Positions 18,487-27,820 of a stretch of 64,000 bases of DNA are shown piece after piece (position 1 is the first letter of the stretch; each line of letters starts with the position of its first letter). A program made the translations under genes and the position numbers. Source of the stretch: a virus; the IMG/VR virus record IMGVR_UViG_3300029258_001212, positions 32,001 through 96,000 of that record. One strand, 5' to 3'. Below the pieces are notes generated by a model that saw only the letters and a program-made list of their open reading frames with translations, made no database searches and had not been told where the DNA came from.

Positions 18487-19242
18487 ATGGCCACACTGGG
18501 CATCGAAAATATCCGCTCGTTCATTATGCGGAAGCTGGGTCACCCGGTGGTCTGCGTGGAGCTGGACGAGGAGCAGGTGGACCAGGCGATCACCGATGCG
18601 TTCATCTGGTGGAGCGCCTACAGGGGTTGGTACAAGGAGGCCGAGCTCCAACTGGTCATTGACCAGTCCGAGTACGATCTGAGCGCGGTAGATCCGCCCG
18701 TGGTGGGCATCATCGACATTTACTTCGTGGCGGACTACGGGTGGGACTTGGAGTACCTGTGGGAGGGGTTCCTGGACGTGAACGGTTACCCCTATGACTG
18801 GTATCTCCAGAATGAAGGCCAGGGTGGTTTCTACAGTGGGATCGTCCAGTGGCAACAGATGAGGGAGACGGGCGCGCGGGTGCTGTCCGTGGACGCGGAC
18901 TGGATTTTCAACTCGCAAACGAAGGTGCTCACCATCACACCGCGTCCGAGCGACAATATGGTGGCACAGAAGATCGTCTACAAGTACGAGACCCCGTTCG
19001 ATTCGAAGTACCTATCCATGGTGCCTCCCCAGGATGCGTTCCTGATCAGAGAGCGCGCACTGGCGGAGTCCAAGTACATCTTGGGGCGCATCCGAGGCAA
19101 GTACACCGGGGGCTTACCGGCGGCTCAAGGCAACGTGAGCCTGGACGGCGACAACCTACTCCAGGAGGCCCAGGCGGACTTTGACCGGCTGGACAGGGAG
19201 CTCATGGCCCTGATGCCTCCGCCGGCCATCATCACCGGGTAG
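18487..19242 (+). CDS. neck / head-tail adaptor protein, T4 gp13-like
   Basis: IMRKLGHPVVCVELDEEQVDQAI...ALAESKYILGRIRGKY...VSLDGDNLLQEA. Confidence 0.88.
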   Translation: MATLGIENIRSFIMRKLGHPVVCVELDEEQVDQAITDAFIWWSAYRGWYKEAELQLVIDQSEYDLSAVDPPVVGIIDIYFVADYGWDLEYLWEGFLDVNGYPYDWYLQNEGQGGFYSGIVQWQQMRETGARVLSVDADWIFNSQTKVLTITPRPSDNMVAQKIVYKYETPFDSKYLSMVPPQDAFLIRERALAESKYILGRIRGKYTGGLPAAQGNVSLDGDNLLQEAQADFDRLDRELMALMPPPAIITG

Positions 19243-19253
19243 AGGAGACCCAC

Positions 19254-19568
19254 ATGGCGAAAAAGATCACCGAGGACTTCCAGGAGCTCCAGGAGATGGT
19301 GCTCGGGACCACGCAGCCCCAGCAAAGGGTCTACGGGGTGCAACCCTACGAGCATCCGACCTACAAGGGCATGAAGTGGAGCTGGGGCCACCTCGGGTTC
19401 CTGGATGGGCACGAATACTACCTCCGGAACGGCGCCCTGTATCGCGCCCCGGTGTACTCCGCTTTCGACTTCGAGACGGGGTGCCGGTGGGGCGAGCTGG
19501 TGGCCAAGGGCAAGGGCGTGAAGCCCTACATCGCGTCCCTGTGGGATCGCGGGATGGTGGAGGCGTAG
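19254..19568 (+). CDS. hypothetical protein with acidic leader
   Basis: SD GAGGAG; MAKKITEDFQELQE resembles the core protein start HTLAEDFQYL. Confidence 0.65.
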   Translation: MAKKITEDFQELQEMVLGTTQPQQRVYGVQPYEHPTYKGMKWSWGHLGFLDGHEYYLRNGALYRAPVYSAFDFETGCRWGELVAKGKGVKPYIASLWDRGMVEA

Positions 19569-19569
19569 C

Positions 19570-19977
19570 ATGTTCGCAATCACCCAGGTCATGGACGTTG
19601 GCGACAACTTCGATGGGGCCCTCCCGGGCACTGATCCGGTCACCACAAACGGTGTGAAGGTGTACCCCAAGGACGACGTGGACAGCCATGGTGGTCTGTT
19701 CGAATTCACCGGCTCGGAGAACCGGGCTGTGGACGTGCGGGGGTTCCAGTTCAAGGGCGCCGGGCAGTCCACCTGGACTCTCAACATCGTGGACCCGGTG
19801 GCCGGGGACATGGCGTGGCTCACGGGCACCTCGAGCGTGGTGTACGTGCTCCTTGCTGCGGATCGGATCACCCTCCTGCCCGGCCAGAAGCTCAAGCTGG
19901 TGACCACGGGCACGCCCAGCACCACCGAGCTCCGGGCCACCGTGATGTTCGCCCCGGCGGCCCTCGGGGAGACCTGA
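19570..19977 (+). CDS. putative structural beta-sandwich protein
   Basis: Beta-rich composition, coupled to neighbours. Confidence 0.6.
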   Translation: MFAITQVMDVGDNFDGALPGTDPVTTNGVKVYPKDDVDSHGGLFEFTGSENRAVDVRGFQFKGAGQSTWTLNIVDPVAGDMAWLTGTSSVVYVLLAADRITLLPGQKLKLVTTGTPSTTELRATVMFAPAALGET

Positions 19978-20897
19978 TGCAGCTCCGCGAGCGTCTACAC
20001 GCGGCCGGCGCCTTGGTGACCGAAGCCAAGGCGCGGTTCATCGGCGGGAAGTACAGGGCCACGCTCAGGAAAGACCAGTACGATCCGGCAGACTACCGCT
20101 ACAGCCCTCCCCCGGAGGACATTGACTCGCTTCTCAAGCGGGCCGAAAGGCACCTCACCAGGTGGGGCTCCTGGGGAGATCTCAAGTACGGCTACGATGG
20201 GCCGATCCAGGACGATGGAAAGGCGTGGGAGACCCACGGCAAGGCCGAGCGCATGATCGACTCTTGGGCCCGGGCGGCGAAGTACCGGCGCGAGAGCTCA
20301 CCGAACGGTGTCGTGTGGGTGCGGGGTGCCACGGATCCCGTGATTCGGCTCACCAGGGAGCACTCGGACGAGACCGCGTGGCGCGACGATGAGCGCGCCT
20401 ACCGGATGTACCTGCGTGACGGTGGAGAGCCCGGCTACTACGCGCGGATGACTCTCCTCATGTACGATAGCCCCGAGGGGTCTCGCCTCCTAAGCCACAT
20501 CAGTGACCGACAGGACAAGACGGTCATGGACTGGGAAACGGACGCCAGCAAGCTCCGCGACTGGTTCAAGAAGCTCAGGATGCGTCACCAGAAGCGCGTG
20601 TCTATTTCGGGCATCCGGGACAAGGCCCATCGGTTCAACGCTGACATGGATACGGCGCAGCTCCAGAAGCTCCTGGGAGTGGTAACGCGGTTCGCCAGGC
20701 GCTACCCCCAGCTTCAGGACGCCACCGAGCAACAGCCAGGTGAGCGCGAATTCGTCAAGGCCGTGTTCAGGCGGTGGGAGATGCCAGACCGTTCGGCTGG
20801 CATCGTGGTGCGCGCGGACGAGTACAACCCCAAGAACAAGCAACGGCGGCGCAAGGATCACAACGTGACCATTCTCCTGTGGCCGTCTCTGGGATGA
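19977..20897 (+). CDS. hypothetical protein; candidate cargo protein
   Basis: Leader MQLRERLHAAGALVTE|A; TGATG coupling. Confidence 0.7.
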   Translation: MQLRERLHAAGALVTEAKARFIGGKYRATLRKDQYDPADYRYSPPPEDIDSLLKRAERHLTRWGSWGDLKYGYDGPIQDDGKAWETHGKAERMIDSWARAAKYRRESSPNGVVWVRGATDPVIRLTREHSDETAWRDDERAYRMYLRDGGEPGYYARMTLLMYDSPEGSRLLSHISDRQDKTVMDWETDASKLRDWFKKLRMRHQKRVSISGIRDKAHRFNADMDTAQLQKLLGVVTRFARRYPQLQDATEQQPGEREFVKAVFRRWEMPDRSAGIVVRADEYNPKNKQRRRKDHNVTILLWPSLG

Positions 20898-20902
20898 GGA
20901 CC

Positions 20903-21358
20903 ATGAACGACACCATTGACAGAATTCGCCAAGTGGGAGCTCTCACCGAGGAGGCCGAGAACCTGTTTGAGGGGCGCCCGAAGCCCGGCCCGATGTGCCG
21001 GAAGATCGTCAAGGGTCTCCTGGCGGCCGGCTTCACCAAGTCCAAGTCCCGGATGGGGATGGGCGCCACCGGCGCCACCTACACCAACCCCCAGGGGGAC
21101 ATTTTCTCCAAGGATGTGCAGGTGCCACAGGATCCGGTTTCGGTGCTCGGCGGCTCGCGTCCACAGGCGGACCCGAAGCGCGTCCAGGCGGCCGAGAAAA
21201 CCGTCCGGAAGATCGCCGGCCAGGTGGGCGTCACCGAGAAACAGAACATCGGCAACCGGGTGGCCCTGAGCGAGCCAGGCGGCCACCCCAAGGTCTGGTA
21301 TCACACCACGCCGGGCGGCACGTTCTACGTGGACGTGGACTACACCACCGACTACTAG
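20903..21358 (+). CDS. hypothetical protein; candidate cargo protein
   Basis: Leader TIDRIRQVGALTEEAENLFE|G, then a basic domain. Confidence 0.7.
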   Translation: MNDTIDRIRQVGALTEEAENLFEGRPKPGPMCRKIVKGLLAAGFTKSKSRMGMGATGATYTNPQGDIFSKDVQVPQDPVSVLGGSRPQADPKRVQAAEKTVRKIAGQVGVTEKQNIGNRVALSEPGGHPKVWYHTTPGGTFYVDVDYTTDY

Positions 21359-21360
21359 AC

Positions 21361-21428
21361 TTGGCACGGGTGTTGCTTCTGCTTAATTAACCTTATCTCT
21401 CCCTTTGGAGAGTAAGAGTCAAGAGGGT
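21361..21428 (+). promoter_or_regulatory. dispersed repeat copy 3 (sigma54 box)
   Basis: TTGGCACGGGTGTTGCTTCTGCTTAATTAACCTTATCTCTCC...GGAGAGTAAGAGTCAAGAGGGT. Confidence 0.8.
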
Positions 21429-21442
21429 CTCCGGAGGACAGA

Positions 21443-22147
21443 ATGGAAATCAAGGACCGATTGCAGAGCGCAGTGGACCAGGTGAACGAGGCGGAGCACT
21501 TCGGGGAGATGGCCCAGTCAACGCGGGAGGCGCTTCCGGACAAGGACTTCGCCATCCCCGGTGAGCGGCTGTTCCCGATTCAAAGCGCGAAGCAGGCGAT
21601 GACCGCGCTGACCTACGCCACGTGGCCCGACAACAAGAAACACAAGGACCAGGTGTTCAAGGCCGTCAAGAAGCGGTGGCCCAAGGTCTGGGAGCGGTTC
21701 CGTGGCAAGGGGAAGCGCAAGGGGAAGCGGCGCGGGCGCACCGAGTCCATCGGCACCCTCGGGGATCGCGCGGACGTGCGCGAGCGACTGGGTGCGATGC
21801 GTGGTCTCCTGGCGGATGGCCAGCGCCTCGGTGGCGGGAAACCACAGGGCGTGCCTGGTGCCCCGGAGGATCCCAACAGCATCGCGGCCATGTTCGCCCA
21901 TGAGAGCGAGGATCTCACCGAGGCACGCAGGAAAGGAGACCCACGCCGTGCCCTCAAGGTGTGGAATGACTTTCTATCCAAGATCGCCATGAGCGACGAC
22001 TTCCCCAGGGAGAGGCGGAAGCACCTCAACCCGGCCCAGCAAGCCACGGTGGATCAATTCCATGGCTCTCTCCGCCAGGCCCATGCTGCACTGAACAACT
22101 GGGTACACCAGGTGTCCACTGGCTCCTGGGAGCGAGGCGACCGATGA
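21443..22147 (+). CDS. candidate cargo protein with DUF6582-like domain
   Basis: REALPDKDFAIPGERLFPIQ motif; leaders ending HFGE|M and DLTE|A. Confidence 0.7.
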   Translation: MEIKDRLQSAVDQVNEAEHFGEMAQSTREALPDKDFAIPGERLFPIQSAKQAMTALTYATWPDNKKHKDQVFKAVKKRWPKVWERFRGKGKRKGKRRGRTESIGTLGDRADVRERLGAMRGLLADGQRLGGGKPQGVPGAPEDPNSIAAMFAHESEDLTEARRKGDPRRALKVWNDFLSKIAMSDDFPRERRKHLNPAQQATVDQFHGSLRQAHAALNNWVHQVSTGSWERGDR

Positions 22148-22560
22148 GCATCCGCGAGCTCTATGAGGACTTGTCCCACCAGCTCGAGGACGAGGGGGAG
22201 TGGGAGCTCTGGACGCACCCGGAGCCGGAGATCACCGGGGAGCCGTCCTGGGTGTTCGATGGTGGCAAGCGCCTGGTGCCCATCCGCGAGAAGAAAGACG
22301 CGGAGGGTAAACTGGACAGCAAGAACCCCCGTGGGATCCGCCGGTGCGTGGTGGACGTGTACCAGAAAGGCGAAAAGGGCAAGGAGGGCCTATCCCGAGC
22401 GTTCGCCATCTGCACGGCGGCCATGCAAAAGGCTGGACAGGTACGCAAGGGCTCCCGCAAGCTGACAAGGAAGGGAACCGGCCGCGCTACCTACTTCGCT
22501 CGCCAGGGTGACGCGGCTGACAAGGATGCGGAGTACGAGAAGATCGTGAAAGGTGTGTAG
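22144..22560 (+). CDS. hypothetical protein (RCVxxV...AFAICTA motif)
   Basis: ATGA overlap; acidic N-terminus and basic C-terminus. Confidence 0.7.
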   Translation: MSIRELYEDLSHQLEDEGEWELWTHPEPEITGEPSWVFDGGKRLVPIREKKDAEGKLDSKNPRGIRRCVVDVYQKGEKGKEGLSRAFAICTAAMQKAGQVRKGSRKLTRKGTGRATYFARQGDAADKDAEYEKIVKGV

Positions 22561-22563
22561 CCC

Positions 22564-23151
22564 ATGAGCGGCAAAAAAGGCCCCCACCACGCTACGGCCA
22601 AGACGGCCAAGCTCCCCAAGATGAGTCACAGGTATCTCACCTGGGGGGCCGTGAAGGGGGTCAAGCCGTCGAAAAAGGTGTCCGCTGCTACCAAGCTCGG
22701 GCACAGAAAGCGCGCCCTGGGAACAGCGGTGCAGAGAATCCGCGGTGAGTCCGCGGCGGAGGAAAGAACCATGTCCGATGCCCAGAAGTCCGTGATGAAG
22801 GGTGATTTGAAGGATCGTCTGAGCAACGTCCTGTCCCTGGTGAGTGAAGCCGGCGCGGCCGGAAAGAAGTGCTCCAAGGACAAGCCGGGGAGCAACGGCA
22901 GCTCCAAGCCGAAGAACGTGCCGGAGGCGGACAGCCTGGGCCTCGAGCTCGAGGACGATGGCAACGTGGCCCTCAACACCGAGCACTGGAAGCGCCTGGT
23001 GGGCGCGGCCGTGGGCGCGGTGAACGCGGAGCTCGCCACCATGGGTCTCCTCGAGGCCGGCGGCCAGGTGGATCTGTCCAGTGAGACGGCGGAGACGATG
23101 CTCGAGGCCGTGCGCCAGGTGGTGGACGACTCCGGGGTGCTCGAGGAGTAG
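22564..23151 (+). CDS. hypothetical protein (possible second start at 22771)
   Basis: Internal GGAGG-ATG; LKDRLSNVLSLVSE|A leader. Confidence 0.6.
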   Translation: MSGKKGPHHATAKTAKLPKMSHRYLTWGAVKGVKPSKKVSAATKLGHRKRALGTAVQRIRGESAAEERTMSDAQKSVMKGDLKDRLSNVLSLVSEAGAAGKKCSKDKPGSNGSSKPKNVPEADSLGLELEDDGNVALNTEHWKRLVGAAVGAVNAELATMGLLEAGGQVDLSSETAETMLEAVRQVVDDSGVLEE

Positions 23152-23152
23152 G

Positions 23153-24055
23153 ATGCTGGTTCCCCTTTCCAGGCCCAACCCCATCGCCTCGCGTGCGCGA
23201 GCGATGCGTGCCATGGCGGAGAGCTCTGCCCCGGTGCCAGTGGCCACCTACGGCCAGGAGGTGCTGGACGAGCGGCTCGGTGATGTGTTGCGGGGGGCCC
23301 GGAAGGTGGCCAGGTCGGCTATCCAGCGCGCCAGGGATCTCAAGTCCAAGGCGGCCCAGCGGCTCAAGGACCTGTTCAAGAAGCGCAAGGAAACCAAGAA
23401 GCCCACCACGAAGCCGGCGGCGGCTCGGCCACAGCCACCGAGCACCAGGGTGGGCATTCCCAAGAAGCAGCCCAAGGACGAGCCTGGTGGCCGGGTGAAG
23501 ATCCCGACCCAGCGCCATGCAGGTGGAGCTCCTCCGAAGCCAGGCAAGGAAGGCCCGCGATTCGATTCGAAGGGCATCCCGATTCCCGGCCCACCTGGTC
23601 CCGAGTACCCGGAGCCGTGGCCGGCGAACCTGGACACCACCTCGCGGAGCGCGGGGGGCAAGCCGGTCAAGCCGAAAAAGGGCCAGCCCCCAGAGGCGGT
23701 GCTCCGCCGCAAGGGGCCGAAGGGCAAGCCAGGGAAGTACAAGGCGGCCGTATCGCACGCCAATATGTATAAGCACATGGTTCGGGCGATCTACGTGCGT
23801 GGAAAGCGCACCGGGTACAAGTTCCACCACAGCCCGGCGAAGAGTTCTCAGATGATCGCCAGGCGCAAGATGGTCCAGTGGCAGTACGCCAAACGGCGGA
23901 AGTCCAAAGGTGGCGTTCCGGACCGGCGGATGATTGAGCTCACGGGGAAGGGACGCACCCGTGACTGGCAGCGGCACACCCAGGGCGAGCCCTACGCGGT
24001 GCGGGTGGCCAAGGATCGTGACTACTACGCGATCACGGGCCGAGACCCGTACTAG
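23153..24055 (+). CDS. highly basic Pro/Lys-rich protein; candidate cargo
   Basis: Leader ends QEVLDE|R; SD GAGGAG. Confidence 0.7.
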   Translation: MLVPLSRPNPIASRARAMRAMAESSAPVPVATYGQEVLDERLGDVLRGARKVARSAIQRARDLKSKAAQRLKDLFKKRKETKKPTTKPAAARPQPPSTRVGIPKKQPKDEPGGRVKIPTQRHAGGAPPKPGKEGPRFDSKGIPIPGPPGPEYPEPWPANLDTTSRSAGGKPVKPKKGQPPEAVLRRKGPKGKPGKYKAAVSHANMYKHMVRAIYVRGKRTGYKFHHSPAKSSQMIARRKMVQWQYAKRRKSKGGVPDRRMIELTGKGRTRDWQRHTQGEPYAVRVAKDRDYYAITGRDPY

Positions 24056-24061
24056 GAGACT

Positions 24062-24652
24062 GTGATGGCAAAGCGGAGCGACACCGAGCACCTGATGAAC
24101 GAGCTGGCGCACCTGAGCGGCCTTACGCGCGAGGTGATCGGGGAAGAGGTGGACTGGTTTGGGGCCGAGCTCGCTAGTATCACCGGAGACGCGCCACAGC
24201 TCCAGGAGGGATCCAAGGCCAAGCTGGCGGCCCAGCGCGAGACGATCAAGGGAGAGCTCGAGACCCTGGCCAAGCGGATGGGCGGCGTGCTGGAGATGGT
24301 GGACAACGGCAAGGCGGACCAGGCGGCGGTGAGCCTCGAGAAGATTCTGGCCGATGGAGCCAAGATCCTCGAGCGGCTCCCCAAGGCCAAGGCCCCTGAG
24401 AAGCCGAAGCCGAAGCCACAGGCCCAGGTGACGCAGCCTGGCCAGGACCAGGGCGGAGAACCGAAGGGACCCGGGGCACCACAGCCAGATGAGCGCAAGG
24501 AAGTCGGAGCACCTTCGGCCAAGGCGAACGAGGCCCTTTTCGTGGACGGCTACCTGGTCACCGAGGAGGAGCAGCGTGACCCGTTCGGGTTCGGCCAGGG
24601 CCTCATCGACTCGGTGAAGGGTGCCCTGGGGCTCGGGAAGCGGGGGCGGTAG
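24062..24652 (+). CDS. hypothetical protein; candidate cargo
   Basis: LMNELAHLSGL...PQLQE|G leader. Confidence 0.7.
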   Translation: MMAKRSDTEHLMNELAHLSGLTREVIGEEVDWFGAELASITGDAPQLQEGSKAKLAAQRETIKGELETLAKRMGGVLEMVDNGKADQAAVSLEKILADGAKILERLPKAKAPEKPKPKPQAQVTQPGQDQGGEPKGPGAPQPDERKEVGAPSAKANEALFVDGYLVTEEEQRDPFGFGQGLIDSVKGALGLGKRGR

Positions 24653-24655
24653 TTC

Positions 24656-25165
24656 ATGGGCCGGCTGATTCACACCAAGGACAAGCTGTTCATGCAGTGT
24701 ATCGCCCAGGAGGTGAATGACTTGGCCGGGATGATCGCCTACTACTTCCGCTTGGACAAGGCCAACAGCGACACCAGGAGCGGAACGTCGGCCCTGTACG
24801 ATGAGCCGGCGGCGCTGGTCTGGAAGGATCTGCCCAGTGGGCTCCGGATGCCATGCTTTGGCGTGAACCCACAGAGCTCTCTGACCACTGGTGAGGAGGG
24901 GCGCCGGAAGCAGTGGGACGGCGAGATCAACATCGCGGTGCGCGACTGGGAGGAGCAGACCCAGGGCACCGAGCGCCCGCGCGAGGGCGATGTGGTGTTC
25001 GCCTGGGATCAATACTACGATGTGACGAAGGTGAGCCGGGATGGGATCATTGACGACTCCCGGTTGGATCATACCGGATGGACCTTGACCCTCCGGCGGA
25101 ACACGAAATTCGAGGCGTGGCGGCGTGGAATCGTGGCGTCTCATGGCGGACCTGATACGGACTAG
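24656..25165 (+). CDS. head closure / neck protein, gp14-like
   Basis: AQEVNDLAG..AYYFRLD...ALYDEP, RPREGDVV; position before tail completion genes. Confidence 0.65.
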   Translation: MGRLIHTKDKLFMQCIAQEVNDLAGMIAYYFRLDKANSDTRSGTSALYDEPAALVWKDLPSGLRMPCFGVNPQSSLTTGEEGRRKQWDGEINIAVRDWEEQTQGTERPREGDVVFAWDQYYDVTKVSRDGIIDDSRLDHTGWTLTLRRNTKFEAWRRGIVASHGGPDTD

Positions 25166-25600
25166 ATGATGCGAACCGTCCATGATGAAAACGAGCCCAT
25201 GGCCGAGCCGGTGGAAGCTGACGGCCGGAAGATTTCGAGGGGCATCCTCGAGCTATTCGGAGAGCCGTCGCCGGAGGCGGTTGCCGAGCTCCGCCAGGTG
25301 GCGGAGGCGGTGGACCGCGCCCACATGAAGGAGCTCAAGCCAGATCTCAAGTTCTTCCCCAACCTCATGGACTGGCTGGTGATGCTGTTCATGGTGGGGA
25401 TTCGGCACGCGCTTCCGGATGCTACCGAGGAGAGCGCCAAGGACCTAGCGATGGTGCTGGCGCGCCAGTTCGCCGTGCCAGGCAACAAACACCTCTGGGT
25501 GACCACCGACTGGTTCCTCCGGCGCCATGGGATGAAGATGGCGATCAATCGGATCCAGCTCGAGCTACGAAGGGGGCTGATGCGTGAAAAGCTCAAGTAG
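25166..25600 (+). CDS. hypothetical protein
   Basis: Coupled ORF on the coding strand. Confidence 0.6.
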   Translation: MMRTVHDENEPMAEPVEADGRKISRGILELFGEPSPEAVAELRQVAEAVDRAHMKELKPDLKFFPNLMDWLVMLFMVGIRHALPDATEESAKDLAMVLARQFAVPGNKHLWVTTDWFLRRHGMKMAINRIQLELRRGLMREKLK

Positions 25601-26027
25601 ACCAGACGGCGCGTTCACCATCGGCCCCGAAGACGTGGCGGCGGCCATGAAGGCTGGATTCAGCTTCGTGTGCGCCATGTGCGTGAAGCTCCACGCTGGC
25701 AAGGAGGCCAGGGGCACCACGGACTGGCGCCTGGTTGAGTGCCTTGGCGAGGACTGCGGCGGACCCATGGGCGGGCGCGGTTACCCGGAGTACCGTGGCC
25801 CCCTGGGTTCCGTGAACCTCCCCCAGTATTGCTGGCGGTGTGGCCGTGATGCAGACGCGGCTGTGGAGTCAATCAAGGACAAGCGCATGGTGGGGAGCTG
25901 CGAGAAGCACCTCGAGCTCCTCAAGCCGGATTTGTACGAGCGGCGCCCGGCCGGGACACCACGGAAGCCGGCTCCACGCAACCCCATCGCGGAGCTGATC
26001 AACGGCCCAAGGGGAGACCAGGCATGA
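25584..26027 (+). CDS. Cys-rich zinc-binding protein
   Basis: CAMC, CxxxxC, CWRC, CEKH. Confidence 0.65.
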   Translation: MKSSSRPDGAFTIGPEDVAAAMKAGFSFVCAMCVKLHAGKEARGTTDWRLVECLGEDCGGPMGGRGYPEYRGPLGSVNLPQYCWRCGRDADAAVESIKDKRMVGSCEKHLELLKPDLYERRPAGTPRKPAPRNPIAELINGPRGDQA

Positions 26028-26614
26028 GCTACCTCAAGGAGAACCTCGCCCAACTCGAGGAGGCCGTGGCCGGTTTGGACGAGGGGGCGAAGTTCAAGAA
26101 CGTCACGTTCAAGGGCACCGATTTGAAGGTCAAGGGCGGCAAGCGCCCGGAGGTGAAGCTCCGAAGCGCGGCCAGGCGCGGGAAGGTGAAGCCGTCCACC
26201 ATCGAAAAGCATCTGGGCGACAAGGGCCAATGGGTCACGATCAACGGCGTCCACGTGCTGATCAACAAGGACACCGGTGAGCCCATCATCGGCCCGCGCG
26301 ATCTGACCAGCCAGCGCAAGGTCGGGCAGCGCAACCTGGACAAGGTGATGGGCGACAAGAAGCACGGTTTCGAGGTGCAGGAAAACGAGGGGAAGGGTCG
26401 AGACGAAAAAGGGCGCTTCACAATGAAGCACAAGCCCTCCGGCATGGATATTCCCCTGAGCGGCGTGGGACTCGGATCGGTTCTCCTGGGCCTCGCCATG
26501 TTCGTGGACGCAGCCAAGGCCATGGCCGTCAAGGCCGGGGCAGCCCTGGCAGACAAGCTCGAGGGCGCCATCCGCCAGGCGGACGAGGCCCTTGGGATGT
26601 GGACGATTGACTGA
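26024..26614 (+). CDS. candidate cargo protein with WxTINGxHV and RDxxGRF motifs
   Basis: Leader MSYLKENLAQLEEAVAGLDE|G; GQWVTINGVHVLI; GRDEKGRFT. Confidence 0.7.
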   Translation: MSYLKENLAQLEEAVAGLDEGAKFKNVTFKGTDLKVKGGKRPEVKLRSAARRGKVKPSTIEKHLGDKGQWVTINGVHVLINKDTGEPIIGPRDLTSQRKVGQRNLDKVMGDKKHGFEVQENEGKGRDEKGRFTMKHKPSGMDIPLSGVGLGSVLLGLAMFVDAAKAMAVKAGAALADKLEGAIRQADEALGMWTID

Positions 26615-27012
26615 TGGCCCTCTATCTACAGCGACAGTTTCGGCTCATCGTTTCGGCGGTGCAGAACATGGTCAACCCCCTGGTGGAACGCGGCGGCTCT
26701 GGTCTGGAGCTGATCAACAGCGTGGACGAACTCGCGGAGGCCAGTGGCAACAGCGTGCTGGTGCCAGCATCGCAGACAGACTACCAGCTCGCCATGCCAG
26801 CCAGCATCAGCACCGGGCGCCTCCTGTACCTCGAGACGGACCAGGACCTGGTGATCAAGCTCGGGGGCACCGAGGCGGATCGCGCCATCAGCTTGAAGGT
26901 GCCGAGCACCACGATCAAGGCGGTGCTCTACCTGGACGCGGAGGTGACCAGTATCTACGTCACCACTGGCGTTACGGCCACCAACGTCTACTACGCCGTG
27001 GTGGGGGACTAG
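26614..27012 (+). CDS. putative structural protein
   Basis: Beta-rich; TGATG coupling. Confidence 0.65.
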   Translation: MALYLQRQFRLIVSAVQNMVNPLVERGGSGLELINSVDELAEASGNSVLVPASQTDYQLAMPASISTGRLLYLETDQDLVIKLGGTEADRAISLKVPSTTIKAVLYLDAEVTSIYVTTGVTATNVYYAVVGD

Positions 27013-27013
27013 C

Positions 27014-27820
27014 GTGAAGCTCGCGGTGAAGCCAGCGGGCCGGTGGAAGCGGCTCCGCAAGCTGACGGGCACCTGGGAGGAGCGCAACAAGCGCGTCCAG
27101 GAGGTGTTCCTCCGCACGTTCATGGACAAGTTCCGCGAGCTGGTGGTTTCACAGCTCCCCGAGGACAAGTGGGGTCGCGCTTACCGGGACGCAATCCAGG
27201 AGCGAGAGGTTGCCACCTCGCTGCGTCCAGGGCAGCACGCCTACGCCCTGATCGCCGTTCCGAAGGCTGTGAAGCTCGAGGACGAGCCGAACGAGACCAC
27301 GGCCGTCTACGTGGTCCAGGAGCGCGAGACCATCACGGTGCTGGGGACCCTCCTGGTACAGCACGGGCCGTGGACCATCGACCGGCTCCCGCGCGAGGCC
27401 AAGGGCGTGGAGGGGGTGAAGTACGTCCACCGGAAGGTCACCGAGGACGAGGTGGTGCGCCTCCGAAAGCGCAACGATGAGATCCTGGACGAGTACCGGG
27501 ACAACTTCAAGGTGGCCGGCGCGACCTACGATAAGGACCACCAAGACGACGTGGAGAAGCCGGCTTCGATTCCAGATCTACTTTTCACTGCACTGCGTCT
27601 CGAGTTCGGGATCAAGATGAAGCGCCTGGCACACTGGGGCTTCGCCTACCGACTCAAGGAGCAGACCATGAAGGGGATGGTGAGAGATCCGCAGTGGGAA
27701 AAGTACCTTGGGGATCCCAACTTCACCAAGTGGGTGAGCCCGTTGCCCAACCTGAAAAAGATCCCAGGGCAACAGGTGAAGGTGATGATCAAGGCATTTC
27801 AGGCTAAGATTGCACAATGA
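27014..27820 (+). CDS. putative neck/tail completion protein
   Basis: Basic protein located between neck and terminator genes. Confidence 0.55.
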   Translation: MKLAVKPAGRWKRLRKLTGTWEERNKRVQEVFLRTFMDKFRELVVSQLPEDKWGRAYRDAIQEREVATSLRPGQHAYALIAVPKAVKLEDEPNETTAVYVVQERETITVLGTLLVQHGPWTIDRLPREAKGVEGVKYVHRKVTEDEVVRLRKRNDEILDEYRDNFKVAGATYDKDHQDDVEKPASIPDLLFTALRLEFGIKMKRLAHWGFAYRLKEQTMKGMVRDPQWEKYLGDPNFTKWVSPLPNLKKIPGQQVKVMIKAFQAKIAQ

